Source: Haliotis cracherodii
Lineage: Eukaryota
NCBI RefSeq assembly: GCF_022045235.1
Contig: NW_027266308.1
Coordinates: forward strand, 62,186,001-62,250,000
Length of the DNA: 64,000 nucleotides
Direction of reading: 5' to 3'
Part shown: piece by piece, positions 37,601 to 48,965 of the stretch
Position numbering within the stretch: the stretch's first letter is position 1
Layout: each line of letters opens with the position of its first letter
Notes under the pieces: model-generated
The model's database searches: none
What the model saw: only the letters and a program-made list of their open reading frames with translations
Told to the model about the DNA's origin: nothing
Translations under genes and position numbers: made by a program

Positions 37601-40600
37601 TGTTTTCACCTTACTTGCCGATTCCATCAAGAAAGAACGGCGTAATTTATTTGGACGTCTATTTTCAGTAGTGTGTCATTCAAAGCGTCTTCAAACAAAG
37701 TCGAGGGGGCAAATGGGTACATGGTTTATGTCCTAATATGATGGAGAGACGATGGCAGGTACTGGAGGATCACGTTAGTACTGATAGAGAGTTTGCGTGA
37801 AGGATACTTACAGTGGCTATAGGTCCTAACAGGATGGAGACACGATGGCAGGTACTGGAGGATCACGTTAGTACTGATAGAGAGTTTGCGTGAAGGACAC
37901 TTACAGTGGCTATAGGTCCTAACAGGATGGAGACACGATGGCAGGTACTGGAGGATCACGTTAGTACTGATAGAGAGTTTATGTGAAGGATACTTACAGT
38001 GGCAGTAGGTCCTAGGATGGAGACACGATGGCAGGTACTGGAGGATCATGTTAGTACTGATAGAGAGTTTGCGTGAAGGATACTTACAGTGGCTATATGT
38101 CCTAGGATGGAGACACGATGGCAGGTACTGGAGGATCATGTTAGTACTGATAGAGAGTTTGCGTGAAGGATACCTACAGTGGCTATAGGTCCTAACAGGA
38201 GGGAGACACGATGGCAGGTACTGGAGGATCATGTTAGCACTGATAGAGAGTTTATGTGAAGGATACTTACAGTGGCTATAGGTCCTAACAGGATGGAGAC
38301 ATGATGGCAGGTACTGGAGGATCATGTTAGTACTGATAGAGAGTTTGCGTGAAGGATACTTACAGAGGCTATATGTCTTAACAGGAGGGAGACACGATGG
38401 CAGGTACTGGAGGATCATGTTAGCACTGATAGAGAGTTTATGTGAAGGATACTTACAGAGGCTATATGTCCTAGAATGGAGACACGATGGCAGGTACTGG
38501 AGGATCATGTTAGTACTGATAGAGAGTTTGTGTGAAGGATACTTACAGTGGGTAGACCAACTCCTGTGTACAATGTAGAGTGAATGTGTAGTTGGGGCTG
38601 GGGTTGTACAGCATGGTGTACCAGTCGGACAACTTGTTCACGTTACAGGATCGGATGTGCATGGATCCCAGCGGGTCGGCCATCAACAGGGTGAGAACTG
38701 CAGCAATGGCGCTCTCCATCAAGGCCGACAGATGCAACACTAACACAGCCCTGGGAAAGCAAGCCAACACGTTAGGAGACGTTTACAAATATCTCCATGT
38801 ATGGTGGCGTTACCCCACAATTTAGGAAAATATTACTCATGATTCATATCATCCGACCAACCCATTGTTTCACTTGCTGGAAACAGCTGTTCATAAAGCC
38901 ATGTGTTGTATTCGTAAAGAAAAGGGATGTTTGTGTATATTATTGTTGCTGTACTTGTTACTGAAAGACAAGTTCAGTGAAACATTGTTAATCTGGACTG
39001 TTCCATCACAGTGAAGTCATCTGAATAAACCAATTTCCGAATTACAAATCACAGACATTTCTCCATGTTTGGCTAGCAGCTGTTCTAATCCGATCAAGGT
39101 CCAGATTGACGTCATCCAGATTCACAAGGGTTCACTGTATTTTATGTTTTGCCTTAATGATAATGAAAAGCCATAGCCTGGACCTGTTTCCTTTTTTCGT
39201 GGGTGCGCCCAGACAAAGTTTGTAATTGCGAACAAATGCTGCATGGTTTCTCAGAGAGCAACATTTTGTCCATGAAACCAGGTCTACTTATAAAAACACT
39301 TCAAGAAAATAATTCAGCATAAATCTTTAACATTTCATCTTAACAATCTGATCTGAGTTGGCCTTGCACAATAATCCAGCAATATCACTGGTGGTGATGC
39401 CAGAAATGGGCTTCACACATTGGACAAGTAAACCAGACTATCCTACTGCCCACATCTCACCTGAATCGTTTGCCTCGAGTTTTGAAGTCGATGAAGAACC
39501 AGTGCAGCACAAGAGACAGCAGCGCCATGAAGCCGAGATACAGCCAGTCATGCAGGGCCAGGCTGCCGTCACATTCAGTACACTGTGACCAGGGAGACTT
39601 GCTGTTGGGCTGGAACCCCCGGGGACAGGCCTGCAACACAGCAACATTATATAACAGTGTTAAACAGGCCTGCAACACAGCAACATTATATAACAGTGTT
39701 CAACAGGCCTGCAACACAGCAACATTATATAACAGTGTTCAACAGGCCTGCAACACAGCAACATTATATACAGTGTTCAACAGGCCTGCAACACAGCAAC
39801 ATTATATAACAGTGTTAAACAGGCCTGCAACACAGCAACATTATATAACAGTGTTCAACAGGCCTGCAACACAGCAACATTATATACAGTGTTCAACAGG
39901 CCTGCAACACAGCAACATTATATAACAGTGTTCAACAGGCCTGCAACACAGCAACATTATATAACAGTGTTCAACAGGCCTGCAACACAGCAACATTATA
40001 TAACAGTGTTCAACAGGCCTGCAACACAGCAACATTATATAACAGTGTTCAACATTGAGGGTTGCTGTTGGGGTGGTACCCCGGGGACAGGCCTGCAACA
40101 CAACAACATTATATAACAGTGTTCAAACATTGAGGGTTGCTGTTAACCAGGTACCCCGGGGACAGGCCTGCAACACAGCAACATTATATAACAGTGGTCA
40201 AACATTGAGGGTTGCTGTTGGGGTGGTACCCCGGGGACAGGCCTGCAACACGGCAACATTATATAACAGTGTTCAACATTGAGGGTTGCTGCCAATATAT
40301 ACCACCAAATAAATATTTCTTGTCGTTATTAGAAAATATGAGGTGCCATTCTTGCTTGACAATTAGTAGCAGTTTTAGTGAAAGTGGTGTTATTTTTTCC
40401 AGAGGAAATCGGTAACGTTTTGCTGAGGTGCTGGTATAGCCTGCACCTGTATACCAGTGGTCCATTTGTATCCCAGTGGTAAATCTGCATGACAGTGGTA
40501 CGTCTGAGTAACCGTGGTACGTCTGCATGACAGTGGTACGTCTGCGTCACAGTGGTACGTCTGTATCACATTGGTAAGTCTGTATTACAATGGTACGTCT

Positions 40601-41445
40601 GCATGACAGTGTAACCAATATTACCCCACAATCAGCATCTATAGTCTCTCTTCCACAGTACTCCCCAGGACAACTCTTCGCTGAAAATATATAATCATAA
40701 CAGTAAATAAACACATCAGATATCAATCTTTAAACAGTACAATCAGCTATATGTTTATTCCAGCTATATGACGGTGTTCTGTAAATAATCGAGACTGGAC
40801 CAGACAATCCAGTGATTGACAATCGGTATTGGATGCTATATTCATATATCGTTGGATCATAGGTTTTTGGACATCACATGTTTTTGGACCGCCATGGTTA
40901 TCGCGATTACTCTTTCTATAAGTGGGGGTGGAATGTAGCATCGCACAGACATTGTAAATATTCAGATGATGGCCTGTTTTTAAGAGAAAGTTGTTTTTTA
41001 TAAGTGAATGAGATGTTATACAGTTGTTCATGTGATTAGAGAGAAAACTAGGAATGTTTCTAAAGCGTCCGAAAACCCATAACACGGGGATAGTAAATAG
41101 AGTGATATGTCAAATATTACGTTCGACGGTTAGGCAAACTAAAACACTGACACTGAGCCTAACAGCTACAGGATAGTCTGGAATTAACGTACATACACCT
41201 GTCAAACATATGGGTTTCACCGAACAAGCGATAAAACGCTAATTTCTTTAGCTTCTAATGTAGGCTAAAGCCCGATTTAGTCTCGTACAAGTTTGGAGAG
41301 CAGTCGTACTTCACTTGTTCATTACTGACACTGGGTTAAAGACTATTCTGATCGATCACTCAAAATGTTACCAGTTTCTTTTGCGAGTCTTACCTATATT
41401 CATTTCCACAATAACGTCCGACGAGACGCTGGGTAAGGGCAACAT
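34612..41445 (-). CDS. JKAMP: JNK1/MAPK8-associated membrane protein (ERAD component), 7 exons, ~314 aa
   Basis: Exons: 41394-41445 (start ATG uncertain, 41445 or 41403), 40625-40680 (CPGEYCGR...CG), 39461-39630 (ACPRG...DWLYLGFMALLSLVLHWFFI), 38547-38750 (SDWYTMLYNPSPNY...HCTQELVYPL), 36803-36972 (SIYAALYFLPIL...GGLL), 35953-36029 (YYAFPFI), 34612-34827 (GHWLLHAYGIIS...LVPFPAIFYVLTVRFSNP). Motifs are diagnostic and phases are consistent. Confidence 0.95.
34991..35532. mobile_element. MITE with long TIRs and 9-bp TSD (Mutator-like); copies at 51138-51643 and 22689-23172
   Basis: TIR CATCTTCCCGAGGCAAGAGAGTTAACTGAC. Flanks GTCGGAAGT/GTCGAAAGT; second copy CGGTTGGGC/CGGTTGGTC. Confidence 0.85.
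37727..38546 (-). repeat. Minisatellite, 9 x 90-93 bp, starting at the JKAMP exon 4 splice donor
   Basis: Unit GTAAGTATCCTTCAC...TACTAACATGATCCTCCAGTACCTGCC...CCACT; explains the repetitive 260-aa ORF. Confidence 0.95.
39626..40290 (-). repeat. Minisatellite, 11 x 38-39 bp plus 3 x ~75 bp, built from the JKAMP exon 3 splice acceptor
   Basis: Unit TTGAACACTGTTATATAATGTTGCTGTGTTGCAG|GCCTG. The longer units also copy the exon start GCCTGTCCCCGGGG. Confidence 0.95.
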
Positions 41446-42379
41446 CCGAATGTGATCTTAGAACACAACATCAAAAGATGTGACAACAGGAAGTAAGACG
41501 GGCTGACATGCGCGGCACTGTTTGAGCTCATTGTGTTGATAGAGTTTTCTCCTCTTTGCCAAAACACGACCGTTTTGCCGTTAGGTGGCGCTTTGATTTT
41601 CGCCACCGTAAACTGGCTCCGTCTAGCCTTTCCGAAGTCTGGTGACAGACAACGTTTAATAGCTTAGAGATTATTTATTATACGAGGTTATGTGTCATAC
41701 TGATTTTACGAAATGTGTGTCAGCATTCTTGTATACCGGAGCGAGGGTAATACATGAATTCTGACACGAGTTTCGTAAAATCAGTATGGCACAAAAATGT
41801 CATGCGACTGTTCTAATTTCTTTATTGTCCATTATTTATTCATCCTTTCGAGGTTCTTGAAAACCACAATTGTCGAATGACGTCAACAATCTTCATTTAT
41901 AACGTCGTTTCTTGTGTGACATCATTCGACCTTACGTCACATTAAGATTCGAATGACGTGAACAATGCCGCCCGGATGACGTCAGCAATACACCGCTGCG
42001 CGTATAGTGATATTTGCACTACTGTACATACGGTTTTTATGTACCCGGGTATTTCTAACACTATGTGTAATAAACCATTATATCAACCGTTCAGTTTGAT
42101 GCAGGTACAGACGGAGGTGGGCAGTAGCTTTCCTCATGCAAACAATCGAATTTCTTCGACACTTTCATTTCATCGAGTTAAGAGTTAATTTTAAATGATT
42201 TCCCCATTTCGCTAAAAGTTGCACGTGTACAAAAATGAACAATGTATGCCATATCAAATATTCGATTGAAAGATTGACTTTCATTATTTTCAAACACTAT
42301 ACATATGCACATTCGTTTGGGTACCATGTCATTTGTGCTTCCTTACAGTGGTGGGTTGATTTTGGAACTGAGATATAGA

Positions 42380-43012
42380 GGATATTCAATGTGTCTTGTG
42401 AAATATCATGTTTCCCTCATCGAGTGACCGAAGGAAGAAACATGATATTTCACAAGACACTTGGAAAATCTTATTTATGTCATACTATATGTGTAGTTTA
42501 TATTTGCGACTAAAAAGTAGTTTCGTGTTTGCAAAATCTTAAAAAATAGAAACAAAAGTAAAAAAAAATATTTAGGGTCACAAACATTCTGTATCATTCA
42601 TATAGATATGATTATTTACAAAATCAACTTTAACAAAACATATTCTTTAAAACTACGAAAGAATACTCGCTGGTCAAGTAACAAAAGTGAAAACTTTGCG
42701 AAACGAACAGTCTCGATTGACGAGTTAAATGAGAATTTTACAGTTTATAACGAAACCTTTTCAAGAGAATAACAAACGACATGAAGCGATATTAACTCCA
42801 TAAAAGACAATCAGTCATTATTTTGCCTTGTCAAGGTGGAACTAACGTAAAATGGAAGTCAACAGTTTCTGTCCGGACCAAACACTTACGACAAAGGGAG
42901 ACAATTTGAGAGGATGACCATAGTTCCGTCAAAGTGTTATGTTCAGAGCAGTGAAATATCAAGTGTTATGTAATGAAAATATCACTTTTCTCAACTTTCA
43001 CACTGAAGTATA
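42380..43012. repeat. Dispersed palindrome-bearing repeat; inverted copy at 4408-4960
   Basis: About 500 bp of similarity to 4408-4960 in the opposite orientation. Near-perfect hairpin GTGTCTTGTGAAATATCATGTTT...AAACATGATATTTCACAAGACAC (42392-42460). Confidence 0.65.
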
Positions 43013-43271
43013 CAATGAAATATTACCTGACGTTCATTATTTGAAGATATTTAATTTAATTCTGTTGTTGTATTTGTAATTGCGATTACTTCCTACGTTA
43101 TGTTTATTTGCAGTTTGCTTTGAAATGGTAACACCAGGGACTTCACAAGCGGTCTGTAAATAATCGATTCTGGACTAGACAATCCAGTGATTGACATCAT
43201 TAGCAGCGATCCACGCAATTGGGATCGATGACATGCATCAACCAGGTCAGCGAGCCTTACCACCCGATCCG

Positions 43272-43787
43272 TTAGTCGCCTCTTACGACAAGCATAGTCG
43301 CCTCTTCTGACAAACATAGTCGCCTCTTCTGACAAACATAGTCGCCTCTTATGACAAACATAGTCGCCTCTTATCTCTTATGACAAACATAGTCACCTCT
43401 TATGACAAACATAATCGCCTCTTATGACAAACATAGTCGCCTCTTATGAAAAACATAATCGCCTCTTATGACAAACATAGTCGCCTCTTATGACAAACAT
43501 AATCGCCTCTTATGACAAACTTAGTCGCCTCTTATGACAAACATAATCGCCTCTTATGACAAACATAGTCGCCTCTTATGACAAACATAGTCGCCTCTTA
43601 TGACAAACATAATCACCTCTTATGACAAACATAGTCGCCTCTTATGACAAACATAATCGCCTCTTATGACAAACATAGTCGCCTCTTATGACAAACATAG
43701 TCGCCTCTTATGACAAACATAATCGCCTCTTGTGACAAACATAGTCGCCTCTTATGACAAACATAGTCGCCTCTTATGACAAACATC
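43272..43787. repeat. 22-bp minisatellite (~23 copies) expanded from the SINE B core
   Basis: Unit TAGTCGCCTCTTATGACAAACA, contiguous with the SINE B body at 43148-43292. Confidence 0.95.
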
Positions 43788-45577
43788 GGGGAGGGACTTT
43801 TTTGTAGGACAAAGGAATGTATATAGAAGGACGTTTTTGTAGTTGTGCACTTGTTATTTATTAAATTCATTTAGTAAATATACTATTTTGAAGATTATGG
43901 TGGAAATGGTGGTTTTGTAAAAAAAACCTGTATGTGGTAGTTTTTGTGCCTGCTGTTACTTTGTATCCTCCCTGTTGTCGCCCCATTCCCCCGGTTACCG
44001 AGAACAACAGTTTGTAATAAACAAAATTTAATTACTCCTTATGAATTGTCCTGTGTCAACATGTCATTTTAAACATTAGAATAATTGTGGAATTTATGTT
44101 GTGGAATACTTGGTAACTGTTGTAAGACAAATGATTCCCCAATATTTAATGTTACATCAACAATGAGCATTATTATGACTGCGGTGTATGCTTGTGGTTA
44201 GAGGCGACTAAATGGATGATGATCCGCCTGGCTGGATAACTCGGTTGATGCATGTCATCGTATCCCAATTGAATGGGTCGATGCTCATGATGTCAGTCAC
44301 TGGTTTGCCTGATCGTGTTTCGATCACTATCTTCTTCTTACTATCAACAGTATCAAATCAACAGCTTTGAACAGTATTACAGTTACATCACGGCGTGTCA
44401 GCTGAATGTGGGAGGAAAGCTTGAGGTGATGCAGATCTTAGTCGTTTACCCACGGGCACGGGTATGGTGCTGACAAATAATTGGGGCGAACCGGGATTCA
44501 AACCCACAATCATAGGTTTCTGGCGTGCCCAAGACAGGCAACTCTGCACAGTGAATTGTGGCGCCTTAGACGACTGGGCCACACGTGTACCCACATATTA
44601 TGTAAGCTGCATTGCAAGTTGTGCGTCGCCGTATCCCAATGGTGTAGCTCTACGCTCATGCTGGTAATCACAGGTCTGTGTACCCCAGATCCTATCTGGA
44701 TTGTTCTCAGCATCCCGTGATACAGCAGTAGTGTCGCTGCTGACCTCGAGTCCACAACATTCAATCACAACGATGACACCAGGCGTCCCGTGAGTATCTT
44801 TGTCCGGGACGTTTGATACCGACCTTCGCTTGGTTCTAGTATCATAGTTATGGTTATTGCCACCAAAAGGATGTATTATATAAAGATAGAGCTGATAATC
44901 ACACCTCGTTGTGTGCCACGCGCCTGGAGATTACAAGCAAAGTCGATGGTTTTCCTATTTGATATTTCTCAATAAAACGTTTTGAACTACAAATGTGACC
45001 GATGCAGAAAGTCGACTATCTGTTCATGTAGTTCTTTTTGAAAAAGACATTCAGGGTGTTAAAGAAGCAGTTATCCAGTTATTTGGTGTACGTGTATTCT
45101 CAAAACTTACATTTTCAACCCTTTATGTCATAAATGATGACTTACAGTCAAAATGAATTAGAATCAAGTCGCCCAACATTTTAGTGATAGGGGAACTTTT
45201 AATTCTCAAGATTAATCTCAATTAAAATTTAAACGGCACATATGCTCCTGGAATATGTATTTTAAATAATTATTTCCATAATAAGTATAATTATCGAAAT
45301 GATTTATTAATCGAATTGGTACTCAAACATAAAACCACCAATCTTGCGTCATCAGTGTATTCATGTGTGTATGGTGTGACAGGTGTTATCAGTTGTAAAC
45401 ACCAGTTTCCGATAGCTCCCTGCTGCCTACAGACTCATTTAGTGTCGGTACTTTATCTCTCGGCCGACAACTGGGTGACCCCTGTCTGTACGTCTCTTGC
45501 ATTCACTAGACACGCTTTAAAGCACCTGTTCCCGTTAGTTTATATCCATACTAAATCATTTTCATCTAAAGTCGTCT

Positions 45578-45894
45578 ATTTTGAAACATGTCTTTTTTTT
45601 GGAAGTTATCGTTGTTCCGACCCAGTTAAGAAATGCGTATGCCTTCACCCCAAACTCCGTCATGTCAGCACAGACAAAGTGTGAACCGATTGAAATATGT
45701 TTTTTACTGGAAGGTGTGGTGATTTCGACCTCACCCGATCAACAAATACGTATGGCTTCACCCCAAAACTCCGTTATGTCCGCACAGACAAAGTGTGAAC
45801 CGATTGAAACATGTTTTTTACTGTAAGGTGTGGTGATTTCGACCTCACCCGATCAACAAAGACGTATGCCTTCACCCCAAAACTCCGTTATGTC
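45578..45894. repeat. ~116-bp tandem repeat, ~2.7 copies
   Basis: Repeated CGTATGCCTTCACCCCAAAACTCCGTTATGTC...GCACAGACAAAGTGTGAACCGATTGAAA. Confidence 0.85.
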
Positions 45895-46039
45895 GAGATG
45901 GTGCTGACAAACCAGAATTATTAAATCAGTGTGAATCTTGGATTCGAACCCACGAACATACAGGATACTCACGCGCCTAAGAGGCGCAACCCTGTGCACA
46001 ACAAATTCCGGCACCTTGCATGACTGGGGCCACCTAGTT

Positions 46040-47040
46040 TTAACCCAGGGGTTTGATTGCGTTGAATTCAGTGCGCGCTGATGGCACGCACGCTAGTACA
46101 TGCTATCGTGTGTATCTCCATTGTGCTCTGGGAGCAATAACCTTTAGAGTGAGAGATATGCAGTTCAGTCAACTAAAAGTTGCTTGTCAAACGACGTGGC
46201 TAAAGTATATACTTTGCCCAGTGATGTAGTTACTGTATGTATTCGGTCTTCATTGTTTCAAATGTTTAATTGTAGCTTGAATTTATCACGAAAAAGTACA
46301 GATCAATTATAATATCCATTTTATTTTATATTCTTTTGGCTTGTTTGTGGTTTAACGCCGCACTCAGCAATATTCCAGCTATATGACGGCGGTCTGTAAA
46401 TGGTCTGGACCAGACAATCCAGTCATTGACATCATGAGCATCGATCCACGTATTTAGGATACGATGACATGCATCAACCAAGTCAGTGAGCCAGACCATC
46501 CGATCCCATTAGTCGTCTCTTACGACGAGCACAGTCGCCTTTTACGGCAAACATGGCTTGCTGAAGACTATTCTAACCCAGGATCTTCACGGGTGTTTGG
46601 TTTGGTTTGGTTTAGTGACGAATCCGGTTTCCATCATCGAAGGACATCTGTGCGGATCTGTGTGTATCGGCTACAGAATAAGCGCTATACCGGATGTTGC
46701 GTACCGGAAGTCGTCAGATGTGGCATGATGTAAGGGAGGAATGTCTCATGGGCGACAAACAGATCTGGTTCATACCCCGAACCACTTAACAGGTTGCGTT
46801 ACCGTGATGACGTCCTCACGCTGACTTAACCCTGCAAGAATAAAGCGCCATTTTTCAGTATGACAAAACGTATCCGCATGTACTACGACCTTGTACTGTT
46901 CATCAACATGCTGCATTGACCGTCAAGGTCACCGGATCTCAACCCAACATGCAGTATCTTAGGGATGAGCTAGACCTACGTTTACATCAACGCCAATCAG
47001 GGTCACAGAATCTGCAACAATTACGCCAAGCTCTTCAGGA
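46040..47040 (+). mobile_element. Decayed Tc1-like remnant interrupted by a SINE (46340-46593)
   Basis: WFSDESGF, RICVYR, CVPEV motifs; aligns by eye with 52485-52610 and 56870-57250. Confidence 0.65.
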
Positions 47041-48431
47041 ATAGTGAGTGAGTTGGGTTTAACGCCGCTTTTAACAGTATCCCAGTTACTAGTATATCAC
47101 GGCATGTCAACTTAATGTGGGAGGAAATCCCGAAGTTATGCAGGTCTCAGACGGTTACTACTTCGGTGAAACCCACGTTTGTGCTGACAAACCTAGAAAC
47201 ATAATCGTGACGAACCGGGATTCGAACCAACAATCTGGCGTGCCCAAGGGACACAACTCTGCACAGCGAATCGCGGCGCCTTAGACGAGTGGGCCACCCG
47301 TGCCCCCTGACATGTCTAGAAGTCATCCAGGTCAACGGTGGAAATACACAGTACCATGGTTTGAGATTGTCACATAACCGGCAAATGACAAGACTTCTCT
47401 GTCAACGTTAAATGGACTTGTCTCACTTTGTAATTTTCCAAATACAGGCATGTTGTTCGTATCGCTTACACAGGTTGTCGAGGTCAAAGAATGAATCTGT
47501 TGAAAACCACACATGCCTTCATGTTTTGGGGGATTATATTTATAATGGAATCAGGATGTGCAATGTTTATTATTTCAATCACAAATTAAATGGTAAAAAG
47601 ACGTTTAAGATGGTGAACAAGTACGGTTTTTAAGAATGTGAATTTCACTATTATGTGGATTGGGTGGTAACATTGGAGGACCATGCGTAATCATACCCTG
47701 GCGTATTTGAAAGGAAGTTCATGCTATCAACCGGTTTAATGACTTATATATTTACAGGTTGCCAATGACATAGCTGGAATATTACGAACAGTGGCATGAA
47801 AAAGCATTTACTGTTTTTATGCATAGACAATGCCTTTCAGAAAATGGTCAGATACAACATGTGTTATATTTGGGGTTTCACTTTCTTATTAAAGTTCAAA
47901 TTCGAGTACTTTTCTGGTTTCAGTCCCATCCGGGATTCGAACATACATTTTCAGAGTAAAAAGGCACCTAATCGACAGTCAGCTGTGCCAACTTACACTA
48001 ACCAGAGGGGAACACAAAGTGGGTGATCTAGACAACAGTTGTTGGATTTCCATTCTTTGAGGCCTCGCTGACTTAGTGTGCTCACGATAAAGTGCTTCAC
48101 ACTGGCAGTGTGGGTTCGAATCCCGGATGCGACTCAAGCCCGAAAAAGTCCAAGACTCTGTACGTCACAAAGAAAGTGTCATCCCAAATATAACATTTGT
48201 TACATTTGACCACCTTTATAAATGGCATTGTGTGGTCATAGCTTTCGGCCATGGGAGTCGTGCCAATTTACACTTGTCAGAGGGGTACACAAAGTACGTG
48301 ATCTAGACTACCTGTTGCCGAACATGTACACTCTGAGAGAGTGGCATTTGTACTTTATTAATAAGTGTAATCCCAAATACAACATATGTTACATTAACTG
48401 TATAGTATGAGTCAAGACTGGAGTAGTTACA

Positions 48432-48597
48432 GTGAGTGAGTGAGTATGGTTTTACGCCGCTTTTAGCAATATCCCAGCAACATCCCGGCGGGGGACACCA
48501 GAAATGGGCTTCACACATTGTACCCATGTCGGGAATCGAACCCGGGTCTTCAACGTGACGAGCGAACGCTTTAACCACTAGGCTACCCGACCGCCCC
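48432..48597 (-). mobile_element. SINE family A copy inserted upstream of SLC46 exon copy 1 only
   Basis: Absent from the paralogous flank at ~60770-60800; GGAGTAGT repeats on both sides. Confidence 0.88.
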
Positions 48598-48965
48598 GGA
48601 GTAGTGTACCCCAACAACGACTCACTTCCCGGACTCACAGACGTGTTTATGAAGCCAACATTGACCAAATTGATATGATGTATCATATTTGAGAACAATT
48701 TATGCTCATTTACATTATCTCAGATGCTCTAACATGTGACGTTGGTGACATAGAAACGAGGGACCATTTGCAAGGCGGTGACCCGTACATATTACAGTGA
48801 TAAAACAGATAAGATAATTCTGACATTTAGCATGAATGACTCATGAAGATTGTCCAGGGGCTAGCTGCACAAGACATCTCACAATAATTCTATTAGCAAT
48901 AATGATTCTTGCTTAAGAGCAGCACATATTTTCGTTCTTTGACTTGATCTGTTTCTTTCATAAGA

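Noticed and set aside
37726-38508. 260-aa repetitive ORF
   Set aside because: By-product of a 90/93-bp intronic minisatellite; the JKAMP exon frame stops immediately (CTG TAA) on intron retention.
43272-43787. CRISPR-like appearance of regular short repeats (also 39626-40050)
   Set aside because: No unique spacers, eukaryotic context, no cas genes.
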